A stretch of DNA of 64,000 nt. Source: Fimicolochytrium jonesii (taxonomy: Eukaryota). Under the pieces are notes generated by a model, which had not been told where the DNA came from, did no database searches, and saw only the letters and a program-made list of their open reading frames with translations. This document shows, one piece after another, positions 1 to 12,320 of the stretch (positions are counted from its first letter, which is position 1; each line of letters opens with the position of its first letter). Both the position numbers and the translations under genes were made by a program. The stretch covers positions 124,001 through 188,000 of the forward strand of contig NW_026515673.1 in NCBI RefSeq assembly GCF_025526975.1. The letters are read 5' to 3'.

Positions 1-417
1 GACGGAACACAAGGTCGTGCAGTCTTCCGCTGCCGCTGCTCAAGGACGTGTAGATTGGATACATTGCCAAGGGCCCAACTGGTGGGAGCTACGCTAGACT
101 GCCTACAGCTATATACATACGCGGCATCCAAGGGGCCTTCTCCATAACGATAGGTTTGCGGAATCCTTCGACCACCTGTCCTGTTCCATCCCCAACAGTG
201 CAGGACCGTTCAGAAATCATTGAAGAAATCTGACTGAACGAGCGTCGCGGAGCCTTCATGCCCAACAAGAGTGGTGTGAACAATGTTAAAACACGCCTGG
301 GTGACTCACTGCTGTTCCCGCCCCCTGCTCTTTTCCCCAGGTGGACTTTCGTTTTTTTCTCACCCCCGTCCCACGATTCCCACTTTCCCATCCACCCCAT
401 ACTCCTCAATAACGGCC

Positions 418-2539
418 ATGGCTGCCGCTGACCAAGATAACGGCTGGCGGTTCGCCCAGTGCTTCGGCGATAAAGGCGATGTCGAAGACGTCACAGAAGG
501 TAAATCACCCCGCTGATCATCACGGAAAGCGGCCCGCGTGTTTCAATATACTTATTACTCAACTTCCTTCCTTCCCCCATCTAGCCGATATCATATCCGC
601 GGTCGAGTTTGATTCCACTGGCGACTTTCTTGCGACCGGTGATAAGGGCGGAAGGATAGTCTTGTTCGAGCGGAGTGAGGGGGTGCGTTTCGTTCAATTT
701 GGGAAGCGGCGACCCTAGATTCTGCTTAGAGGGGGCGAGCCTTATTTGCTATGAGGAAGCATGAGCAATGCGTGGGGTGGCCGCGAGGGAAGCAAGCGAA
801 TGCGACTGTCTGTAGCAAGCGGATCAAGGTGCAGGGACGCTTGAGGCTGGCGAGCCGTAGGCGAGGCATTGGTTCGCGAGCGGACTAGCGAGCGAAGCAA
901 GCAATAGATGTGAGCGGCAGGGAACGGTCGTGGTGTAAACGCGGCGGAGCTGCCGTTCCTCTTCAACTGCGAGCGGCCGCGAACGGTCGCATTTAGTCGT
1001 GAGCGATGTTTTATCTCTGCGGTCTCATCGAAATCATTGGCTGACGTCCACCCATCGCGAATTACCCTCACAGAAGAAGGGATGCGAATACAAATTCTAT
1101 ACAGAGTTTCAGTCTCACGAGCCCGAGTTCGACTACCTGAAAAGTCTGGAGATCGAGGAAAAGATCAACAAGATTCGGTGGTGCAGACGCCAGAACGCTG
1201 GGCATTTCCTCCTCTCAACCAACGGTATGAATCACCAATTCGCAGATGCCTCAAGCTTTTGTGTGATCGAGTCCTAATTGCTCCGAATAGACAAGACGAT
1301 CAAGCTATGGAAAATCTTCGAGAAACCACTAAAGGTCGTTTCCGAGACAAACCTCCTGGTAGACGCGACCCCCGCGCTCGGAGGAAACCTGACGAGGTCA
1401 TCTCTCAAAATGCCCCGCCTGATTCATCACGATACCATGATCGCTGCCGTCCCGAGAAAGATATACCAAAACGCGCACGCATACCACATCAACTCGATTT
1501 CGGTCAATTCGGATGGGGAGACCTTCCTGTCGGCTGACGATTTGAGGATCAATCTGTGGAATCTGAATGTGTCGGATCAGAGCTTTAGTACGCGTTGGAG
1601 TGCAGCTTAGCTCTCGAGGCGCGTCGCCGGCATGCTTATCTTCTACGAATTATAGATGTGGTGGACATCAAGCCTGTGAATATGGAGGAGTTGACGGAAG
1701 TCATAACGGCCGCAGAGTTCCACCCGTCGCAATGCAATCTGTTCGTTTACAGCAGTAGCAAGGGGACGATCAAACTCAACGACATGAGGCAGGCCGCCCT
1801 TTGCGATAAACATTCCAAGTGTGAGTTTGTGTGTGACAGCTATCGCAAACTAGCGACCGCTCGGGCTAACCGGTTTGGCCGTTGATCGGACAGTGTTTGA
1901 GGAGGAGGAAGATCCGGCAAACAAATCCTTCTTCTCAGAAATCATATCCTCGACATCAGACCTCAAATTCAGCAGAGACGGGCGATATATCCTGTCGAGG
2001 GATTACCTGACGCTGAAGATCTGGGATCTGAATATGGAGAACAAACCCGTGAAGACGATCAACATCCATGACCAGTTGAAGAGCAAACTGTGCGATCTCT
2101 ATGAGAACGATTGCATCTTTGACAAGTTTGAGTGCACGTTCAGTGGTGACGGAAAGTGAGTACACGACTGTGTTTGAACTGCAGAATCGCGTAGGGCCAC
2201 TTAGCGCGAGGTGTTAACCCCTTTTCCCTCCCCTCACCCAGATCCGTCCTAACAGGCTCCTACAACAACTACTTTCACGTGTACGACCTCCAATCCGAAT
2301 CTGACACGGTCCTTCAAGCCGACAAATCCGCCTTCAAAGCCAAACGCGTCGGCTCCTCCAAGAACAAGTCACCCACCACGGGCACCGGAGCCAACAAAAG
2401 CACGCCACGAAATGAGAGCATCAATTTCGCGGACCCGGCGGATTTCTCAAAGAAGATATTGCATGCGTCGTGGCATCCGATGGAGAATACGGTGGCGTTG
2501 GCGGCTACGAATAACTTGTTTTTGTTTCAGCAGTCGTAA
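418..2539 (+). CDS. CDC55: Protein phosphatase 2A regulatory subunit B55 (WD40), multi-exon
   Basis: Spliced ORF fragments give [128 protein letters not shown] at 418; GT-AG introns e.g. 500-585, 683-1073, 1225-1290; TAA at 2537-2539. Confidence 0.97.
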
Positions 2540-2975
2540 AAGGGATGGAGCCGCGTTTTTGACGCGATTTTTTTTCTCGGCGGAATGATCTTTTCTTTCT
2601 TCTTGGCGGCAATATCGCGGGAGGTGAGGCGGAAGATTGGCGAGTTCGAGGAGAGGCGGGTCCGGGGACTTGTGCATACTATGGAGGTGGTTTTGAGCTG
2701 CTGACTCCTGGGACGGTCTGCTTCATCGTTTTACATAAAATACCACCGTCTCCACGCAATGTTGCCAAATGAGTTTGAGATGGTGCTATCGGAGGGAGGA
2801 TCCGACAGCAATGGAAAAGAAATCCGCACTACGCGAACATGCATGAGAGTTGAATGATGTGATTGGTATAAGTAGTCCGCATTACACATGCACTTGTGAT
2901 GTTCGATGACAAAGAATCTCCCCAGCGCTCCCCCAAAATAGTCCGAAACTCATCCCCATCCCCACCCAGTACCAT

Positions 2976-3859
2976 CTAAACATACTGATAGTTCTGGTAC
3001 CCATACTGGATCTTATTCCTATTGATCCTCCAAGCCTCATTCAGAAGACTTCCAGCAGCCTGCTCCCTCTGCGCAATCTTCCTAAACAAGATCGCCGAAA
3101 AAGCCAACCCCACCAGCTCAATCACCCCAATCACCACGCCCGCACCGCCAATCGCCCCCAACGACCCCTCCAACGACCCTTTAACAGCCTCACTGCACGA
3201 CCGGGTGTACGCAAACAGCTCCTCGCAGTTCCCGGGGACAGCCATATCGGTGACATCGCGCAACCCACAGCACGAGAACGTCATCTCGACACTGACCAGC
3301 GCCGAATGCGCGCCGGTGGAATTGGTCGCGTAGGCGGTGGTCCACGCGCCCTCGATCCCGGAATCGATCTCGTTGCGTTTCGTGTACGCCGCGATCCCGA
3401 CGGAGATTTCGAGGATGACGAGGAGGATCAGGAGGGCGAAGTAGGTTTTGAGCAGCATGCCCTTTTCGTTGGCGGCGCCGAAGCAGCCGAGGAAGGAGAC
3501 GATCGTGACGATTACCCCGATGGCGATGCCGGCGGAGGCCACCGTGCGGCCGAGGTTGAGGAGGTCGCCCGCGACGGGACCCGAGGAGGTGAGGAGGTAC
3601 GAGCCGGCGCCGATCAGGATTAGCCCGGCCAGCTACGGGGAGATGGGTTGAGATTAGCGGATGCAGTTGAATGTATGTGCGTTTTCTTTTTTGTGCTCTT
3701 TTTCCCCGACCAGTGAACAGCAAAAAAAGTGCAGTTGAAACATACCAACGACAGGAAATTGATAAACAGCAAGAGATTCTTAATGAACATAAACCCGCCC
3801 GCGGCCCAGAAGCTCTCCTTGTTGAAGGAGAACGTCGAGATGTTGGACATGAATGGCAT
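2976..3859 (-). CDS. Tetraspanin family protein (2 exons, intron 3633-3745)
   Basis: Four hydrophobic segments, SFLGCFGAANE in TM2/inner loop, CCG motif plus further Cys in the large extracellular loop, polar residue in TM4 (GVIELVG). Confidence 0.9.
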
Positions 3860-4554
3860 TGTGGAGGTTTTTGTCGACTGAGTTGTAGTAGGCCTCGTCG
3901 GCCGGTTTGGTAAATGGCTTTTGCGCTGAGGATGGAGGTCTAGCGGCGTTTGCTCTGGAACTGCTGATTTCCTTCACCAAAGGATTGATGTCGCTAAGTG
4001 GTGTCGTCGGTCGTGCTTCCCGCTTCACAATCTATCAAATCGTGCTGTCGTCTGTTTACTCAAGTCGGCGGTGTAACAAGTTTGTGATGGAAAAGAAGCT
4101 TGCTTGGCGGGGGCGCATGCGAAGCATTCTCCGCGCCAGCTTCTATATTTGCAATTTGGATTGCAGGATTAGGTTAAGCTTCATTGAAGAGGCGAAATTC
4201 TGATTGGGGCTGTTATAGCTGTCAGGACGCATCAAGCTTGCAAAAGGCGGCGCATATGAGCTTCCACCCAAGGACGGACGGAGGTTGATAGTTTCGGCAC
4301 CCCTTTCTTGCCGTACGACTATCATGTACGGTCCAATTTATAGAATCTCGATATCCGTATGTCACGGCCGCCACCGGAAAGAACAGCGAAAGTCGGAGCC
4401 GCCAATGACAGCAGGAACGATTGATTGTCATCACGTCAGAGTTTGCACGCGTCCGTCTGTGACAAGGCCAGTTGTGACGTGGGTCTGAACGCGTCCCCCT
4501 TGCGGTTTTGTGCGCTGCCCAAATGGCAGATGGCAGACAAGCTCCACAGAGCAC

Positions 4555-4690
4555 AGCTGCGAGAGGAACATCGCTGCTGTTGAAAACGGCCTGGAGCGGC
4601 CTGGTTCATTGGAGAAAGAGGACGTCGGAATCTGCATATGCCGCTTTGCAGTATCGGCCGTCGGACATGTAAGCTCAGGAAAGTGTTCAG
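4555..4690 (-). mobile_element. Degenerate hAT transposase C-terminal dimerisation-domain relic
   Basis: Minus-frame HFPELTCPTADTAKRHMQIPTSSFSNEPGRSRPFSTAAMFLS resembles the hAT dimerisation consensus (FPxL..A...L.IPASS...ER.FS.A). No intact ORF or TIR seen. Confidence 0.4.
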
Positions 4691-5875
4691 ATGAAGCTGG
4701 ACCATTGCGTCCGGATGCATCGCCTGAACGTGGTAGAAACGACATACCGGATGACGTTGATCGTAATGGCCGCATGCATGGCCAATATGCGCCGCTCCGT
4801 CTCTATAGCGATTGCGGGGTATACTGTAGAGTCTGAGGAACTTGGAACATAGGTGTGGAATATGTATCGTACGGAAGGGAGATTGCAATTTAGGATGGAA
4901 CGCCAATTCTCAAGGGATTTCTGGGCAGGGGGGGATTCGCCTCGTGAGGGAGGAAGGGATAGGCGATGCTTCGTAATGGACAAAGCTTCCTGTTTACCAA
5001 GCAGCAGCGACAAGAGGCCTGCCGCATGCGAAAGGCGCATGGGACTGCGTGTCAGGGGGATAAGGAGACCCGATGGGGGATTTTCCTACATATACAGGAT
5101 GGCCGTTTTGTGTAGTCCACCCTGCTGTGCGCTGAACGGTGGGTGATGAACCCCTTGCCGAAATGGCAAATGAGTCGATCGAGTCTGGATTGACACCGTG
5201 TTTTCCCTTCATGGGAGTGCCTCTGGGACCCCTTTTCCCGTCCCCTCTTTTTTACCCGTCAACTTTCCCCTATCAAACAACCGACATCGTGAGAACAGAC
5301 ACAGCAGAATACTCACAAACCCCCTTCTCCAAGACGGCTTTAAGTATTCGCCGGTAAGCTTGCCGTCTGTGTTGTCTACTTTCCCGCTTTCCCGCATCGT
5401 TTCCAGTCCCACGACTGTGCTTCGGCTCTCAGAACCATTCAGACCCGCCATCGTGGTCATTTTCCCACGCTCCTTAAACTGTACTTTGGCGCATTCCAAC
5501 TGAACTCTCTCTGCTCTCCACCAATCGAATAGCCATATCAACACCGCTCTCTCGTCCCGCCAAAACCTCTGACACCAACAAAAGGCGCTGACTTACTCAT
5601 CACAAAATAGTCAGGTTGGGACGGGCCTCCTAAGTATACAGCAAGTTTCATAGCAGAAACAAGCCACCATCTGCGGACAACCCAGCAGCAACCTCGTACC
5701 GGACTCGGTCCGCCTTCAAGGCCTACCGCCTGAACCCTTTCCAGCCCTTCGTGACGGATTGAAGTCTGCGCCCGTTCTCATAAACGAGGACCGACGTTTT
5801 ACCTTCTTTCCCGTTGCTCGGCACCTCAAACGGCTCGGCTTTCGCCTCCCAACCAACCCCAGATCTATCAATCCT

Positions 5876-7810
5876 ATGCGGTCTTCTCGCGCTTCCCCAT
5901 TGCTGTCCACCTCGTCGTCGTCGTCGACTGTGCTTCACATCAACACCCATCAACCACCCACCGTCTCCAGCAGCAGCAGTCTCACAGTCAAATCCACCAA
6001 ACGCCCACTTACAGCCGCAGACGTACCCATCGAAATATGGTCCAGAGTTTTCTCGTTTCTGGGTCCTTCCGCCTCATCTGCCGGGGCGCCGTTCAAGTTT
6101 TCCCAGGTGTGCAGGCGTTGGAACGATATTGCCAATGACCCGCATGCCAAGGCTTCTTTCTTCATACGGGGCTATGGGAGGCCTTTGGCACTATATCACG
6201 CGTTCAAAAGTCACAGACTTTCTCTGTCGGTTGAGGTGGCAGCCCTGCTGAGAAAGAGAGGGGCTGCCCTGCCTAGATTTCTGGTGCAATACGTTGATAA
6301 AGAGGTGGGTGTGGTGAACGAGTCATGGCAATGGTCGTATAGGACATGGAAGACTCATGAAAATGTTCCTTGCAGTATCATCGAACCGACAGGGGACAAA
6401 AAGCTGTGAGCGTTCCGCTTTACGTGTTCTTTGTACAGGAAGGTTTCAAAGCGTATGGGAAGGACGCAGATTTCAAAGAAGACGTGAGTTTGGTGTGGGT
6501 GGTACCCAGTCTTATGTTTCCTTGAGTAAGTGCTCAACGTACCGATCTCCCTCACGTAGGATGTTTCACGTTTTGAACGACTTGCTTATGCCGGGCAAAC
6601 CGCGGCTGCTACAAATACACCTCTTACTGAAGGGCTGGAGGCTATGAATGTATTACTCGACGAATATGCATTCGTGCCTGTGAAAGGTCTTGGGTCTCCG
6701 ATGGACGAAAGCGTTTTCCTCATATCACAGCTTGATATCTCGTTGATTCCGAAGCTCGTTGCGAATGGACTCAACCTCGATTCGGTCAATGATCAAGTAC
6801 TGGAACGAGTGTTGTGGCGGGCCGACATCACTGACGAGATCCTGCAGCCTTATCTCAAGCATGGGTTCAAACTTAGCCCCTCGGCGATCAGGAAAGGTTT
6901 GCAGATGGCACGTCCTGCTACTGTGGAAGTGTTGAAGAAGCACATTGACTCGGCGTTGCTGGCCAGCTGCGCAAGTGAGACGGTGGTAGACATGATGGGC
7001 CCGATTGTCGGAAGAGGTTGGAGCTGGGCGCCTGAGCGCATGGACTACATCATCAATACGTTCGGCGTTTCTGAAGAGGCTATCGCTCGCGCCATCTTCA
7101 CCCATCCAGACTCGGCGCGGCTTCCGAACGGATCTCGGCCGGAATTCCCAGCCACTCGATGCTACATGAAGGCCAACCCATGCCCAGTATGGCGCTGGGT
7201 GCTGCAGAGATACGGCCCACACCACCACTTCACGCAGGCCTGCTTCGACGACGCCATTTCTCGCGCGGCGGCTGATCGCGATTTGCACCTCCTTCACGAT
7301 GAGTTCCTTGAAAGTGGAGTACAATTCTTCCCCCGTCACGTCAAGATCCTAGCGTGTCGTCTCCTGCACCGGGACATGACGGCCAACGCACTCCACCTCC
7401 TCCAGGCCCTTCGAGAACAAGTTACCGACTCACGCGACGCAGGTCTCCTCGCCGATTCCGAACGAAAAGAATGGGTACAAGCCCTTCGCGACGAAGTGGT
7501 CGACAACGACGAATGGAAACATCGAATGCGGACCACCCAACTCGAGGGCGGTGCACGCGGCGGTGCTTACAGAATTACACGCCCGCCACACGACGCCATA
7601 GCGTTCCTAGACGAAGCCAACAAGTTTTATGAAGAGATGCTCGTGCCGATTCCGACCATTGCGACCGTTGTCCTCCGCAACGCGTCTATGAGACGACCGA
7701 GCCCGCCTACTAGGTCCCCGAGCATGAAGAGCTGGGTCAAGAGAATGGGGACCTGGTGGAAGGAACAGGTCGATCGCGGCGTTTGGGGAGCCATTGAGAA
7801 TGGCGTATGA
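5876..7810 (+). CDS. F-box-like domain protein of unknown function (3 exons; introns approx. 6305-6376 and 6484-6559)
   Basis: N-terminal DVPIEIWSRVFSFL...FSQVCRRWNDIAND is F-box-like; GT-AG splicing joins it in frame to the 388-aa ORF 6644-7810. Start codon uncertain. Confidence 0.7.
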
Positions 7811-8696
7811 CAATCGACTTTGAGGAACCGAGCCTTGACCACCCTCGGCCCTCTCGATCGCTCACAAATCCTATGCCTTGGAAACCGTTCTTGCCCTCGC
7901 CACCGCTCGGAACACTACCTCATGACGACGCCATCTCGATCACCGATGTCGTCGCCGCATCTTGGACTCTTGCAAAGCTTTGCGCGTCCTCGATCCTTTC
8001 GACAATTCCATACATTCTCCTTCTCGGCGCTCCACACCTGGACACCTCCCTTCGTACATTTTAATCAAGTTGCTTCGCCTCTCTCCATTTGAGACGTACC
8101 GAAGTCTCTACGCGACGGCGGACATTCTTCAACTTTCAAGTTCTTCGCCCCGCTTCTTATACCCGGACCTCCTGGACCTCTGGACCTCCACCGGTCCTCT
8201 TTTCTTTCAAAGTTTGCCAGTTTGCCCGCCCTCTTTTTTCCTGACCGTCTTTCTTCGGACAACCTCATTAGGGCGTACGCGCGGATAACTGTCGGTGTAT
8301 GTGAGATATCTTTCATAGATAGGAACGCGTACGCTGTACCCTTGTTTCCCGAATGTACAGATTTTAGTTTACCTCTTTCGCCCTGTACGTACTTTTCTTA
8401 CTTTGTGACTCCCGCCCTCTGTTGAGAAGTGAGGGCTTTTGTTTGCTTCTTGTACAATCGTGTTTCGTTTTGAGACCTTTGAATAAACCCGGTAATGGGA
8501 GTCACAAAAAAGGACAAAGTGCACGGTGGGACGAGTGCATCCCCAATGAGCGATGTGCTGGTTGGCAAATCAAATATGGCAAATGCTCAAAAAAATGAGC
8601 TCCCTCAGTTCCGCCCAGTCTATTTCCGCCCCAGCTCTAAACGATTTACAACAACACAAAACCCCCACTTCCCCTCTTCCCTCTTCCCTGCCCGCG

Positions 8697-10701
8697 CTAC
8701 ATCCGATCATCCTCAACGACATTATAAACCCACTGCACCGCCAGATACCGCACGCCAAACGCAAGCACCGAACACGCGGCCTGAAACACGACCACACAGA
8801 TCGCCAATTGCTGTTCGGTCATTGGCCCGAGTTTGACGAGCATGAGGTTCATGATCGTCAGGTTGTTTACGTGTGTTTCTGTTGTTGTTGGGGAGGAGGA
8901 GGAGGAGGAGGCGGTTGTGGCATGGAGGGCGGAGGACGATCCGGCGGGTGAAAGCATAGGCCGCGGCGGGTACGACAATTTCCCCGGCTTCGCCTTCCCT
9001 TTCCCCTTCCCATTCATCTTCCCCCCGCTCGCGCGTCGCCCCCCCACCTCCACCGGCGACGCAGTGACAGCATCCAACGAATCCGCGATGTTTGTGGCGG
9101 GGACGGTGACGGTGGTGAGTTTGACGAGCCCGAGGAAGTGGAGGAGGGAGATCATTGGCTTGCCGAGGGTGGCGAGTTTGCCGCGCTTGGCGGTGAGGAG
9201 GAAGGTTGTGTATTGGAGGAGGTTGGTTTTGTGGTCGCAGCTGTTTGGGGAGATATGTATAACGTCAGATCCGAATTCATGAGGTTGTGATGATGATGAA
9301 GTAGTATGATCTTATGCGAACCTGGGCATCCTATGCCGCGGACAATCGACGAACCCAAACAGTTGCGGGCATGAGTAGATGAAGTTGAAGATCTGCGGGA
9401 GCATGAAGAGGAGGACTGTTTTGCTGAAGTTGCCGAGGATGCCGACGACGGCGAAGATCATGCCCGCGAAGTAGCAGTAGCTGTCGCCGGGGAAGGCGCG
9501 GGCAGGGTACCTTTCCAAGTGAAGCGGAATGTTTAGCATTGAGGGTGGGTGATGGGTAGAGATTCAACTCACCAATTGTGCTTGAGGAACCCTATGGTGA
9601 CTCCAATGAAGGGGAGCACAAAGTACAACGACGACAAATGCGCCTCAGACCTCGCCGGATTCCTCTGCAACTGCAAGCAATCATTCAACGCGATGGAGAC
9701 CGCAATCACGAGCGACTGGCCCGCCTCAACGCCATTGACGCCCGCGAGGATATTGATAGCGTTTGTAGAAAAAATAGCGAGGGCGGCCATGAAAGCGTAG
9801 TAGAAACCGCCCAAAGGCAGCAGTTTGCTTCCGATGAGGGCACGCAATGGGACGGGTACCACGACGTCCGTGCCGCCGTATGTTACCGCGTAGACCATTA
9901 GCAGCGGCATGGATGAGATGAGAGGCATCCAGATTTTGACCCGCCATCGGATGTCGAGGACGTCGTCTGCGAAGCCGAGGAAGAGCATGCTCATGAGGGC
10001 TAACAGGCCTCCTAAAAATTGCGCTAGCTGCAGGAGTTTGCACAGAAAGCGTGAGACCCATATGTGCGGTGTGGTTGGTTCATCACTCAAAAATCCGTTT
10101 AACGCGGCTCTTCTGTACCTTATTGTAAGGAAAACTGCTCCCTTCACCCAAACCAAGCCCCGACTCCCTGAACCAGCTGATGAACGGCACTGGAATAAAC
10201 AAGAACAGGGCAATGATATAGATCAGGCCCGCCATCGCACCCATGCTCTCCGGGCTATGAAGAATCGGTAGTCGGGACGTATGAATAGAGGGAACACACA
10301 AAAAGGTTGCGGGGTGCGCCTCTCATTTATGTGTGGTGGTAGTCGCAAGTCGCAGGCCGCCTTTGGCCGTGCCTGGCCTGCATCATTGTTCGCCGCCGCA
10401 GGCCGGCCGCCGCTCAATACCGGCAAGAATGCCTCCCCGACACAACCAAACGACCAGGGTAAGGAGAAAACCAGAATGTAGCAGCGTCAACTTACAGCAC
10501 AGGACGATCCGCCTTCAGCCTATCCTGCCCAAAGCGTCCATGTTTGACAAACACGTCGCCGACCCAAGGGATTGCGAGGTAGGTGAAGAAGCCGGCGAGC
10601 ACGGACAGACAGGCGGAGACGACGAGCGGGTTGTGGACGCCTGAGACGATCAGGGCCAGCACCAGCGATGGGGGGCCTAGAAGACGCAGGCCGTCGTTCA
10701 T
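8697..10701 (-). CDS. ALG7: UDP-GlcNAc:dolichyl-phosphate GlcNAc-1-phosphotransferase, multi-exon
   Basis: Motifs [99 protein letters not shown]. Confidence 0.95.
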
Positions 10702-11031
10702 AGTGCCTGCTGCGTATATGTCTGTACGCTGGCTGTTGCGGTTGCGGTTGTCGGAGCGACTTCCAAACGCCGCGCATTTACGACAAGCCACGGCGGATGT
10801 CCCTCCCAGCGACGCCCAGGTTGCGCTCGCATTCCGTCCATTGCAAACAACATCGGCCCCCCCAGCACCGGCATCCGGAGGACCTCCAGCTTCCTCGTTA
10901 CCCATACACACAACGCTCTCTAGAAGGCCAGGAGCAGCGCTTGGTCCCGTCGCCTTCTATTCTGTCACTTTCCCAACCAGCATCACTCCCCCGAAAAGTC
11001 GTTCCGGAAAACCTCTGACGCTTCCGCCAAG

Positions 11032-12320
11032 ATGAAGCCTGGCGCCGACGCAACGCACCAACCGGAGCCTCCTCATAGTGGCTCTCCCGCTATCCCTCAG
11101 CGTTACTCAACTCCCCAACCTCGCAACTATGGCTCCGTTCTAAACGTACCCCAGAGTGCTGCCATGCCCGCACACCCCATCTTGCCGCATCCCATACCCC
11201 GCATAGCATCAACCCGCGACCCGCTCCTGCCTTTCTCAGCCCCTGCCAAACACAGCCCAGCCACCCATACCGTAGTGCAGGCATACCCCTCGCGCAACAA
11301 AGCCTCGCGATACATCCCACAAGTAATCGTGAACCACGCCTCGGTGTTGAGCATCGCGGTCATTTGCACGCTTTTGTTCTTGTGGAGAGTCACGATCGCG
11401 GACTGGGCTGTGCCGTTCCGACTGTGGACGTTCGATGGGGATGTGCGGGGGATTGGTGGGATGGGAGGTGCGGGACGTGGGGCTGTTGCGAAAAATGGGC
11501 AATTGGGTGGTGCGGGGAGGAACGCTACGCTTGGGGACAAGGTCAAGCTGGAGCTGTTTGTCATGTCAAAGTGTCCGGATGCTGTATACTGTGAAGGCGT
11601 TTTCGCCAACGTCCGTGAGTATTGAGGGAGGGCGGGATGGGGTCATTTGGCCATCACTCTTCCCGGGATCCCGAGACTCGAGTTGATTATTTTCCCTTCT
11701 CCAGTGCAAAAAGTGAAGGATATCACAGACTTCGACGTTCACTACATTGGCGCACGGGATCCGCAAGCAAAATACGGCGTAACTTGCAAGCACGGTGACG
11801 ATGAGGTAAGTTTTCAACACCCCCAACTTTCGTGTGACCCTCTTTAGGCACCTGATCTCCTACCGGCCCCTTTATTCTCCCACCACAGTGCCTCGGCAAC
11901 ATTCAACAACTCTGCCTGCATCATTACCCCACCCCTCGCCCCCCCTCCACCTTCTTTAACTACATCCTCTGCACCAACCGCGACTTCCGCTCCATCCCCT
12001 CCCTCCCACGCGCCCGCGAATGCGCCAAACTCGTCGGCCTCAACTACGACACCGACATCGCGCCCTGTGCCGACGGCGATGTTGGCAGAGAGTTGTTGAG
12101 GAGGGATGTGGAGGTCGGGAGGGCGAGGGGTGTGGGGACGAGTTGTACGGTGCAGATTAACGAGAAGCTGAGGTGTGTAAGGGATGGCGGGGCGTGGGGT
12201 GATGAGAAGGATCCGACGAGTTGTCCTGGGGGAGCCGGGGTGTCGGCGTTTGTCAAGAGTATTTGTGAAGCTTATAAGGGCGATGAGGGCGATAAACCGA
12301 AGGCTTGTTTGAGGGTTTAA
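11032..12320 (+). CDS. GILT (gamma-interferon-inducible lysosomal thiol reductase) family protein with N-terminal membrane anchor, 3 exons
   Basis: KVKLELFVMSKCPDAVYCE, CKHGDDE|CLGNIQQLC, SCTVQINEKLRCVRDG; one hydrophobic segment (VLSIAVICTLLFLW) after a Pro-rich N-terminus. Confidence 0.85.
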
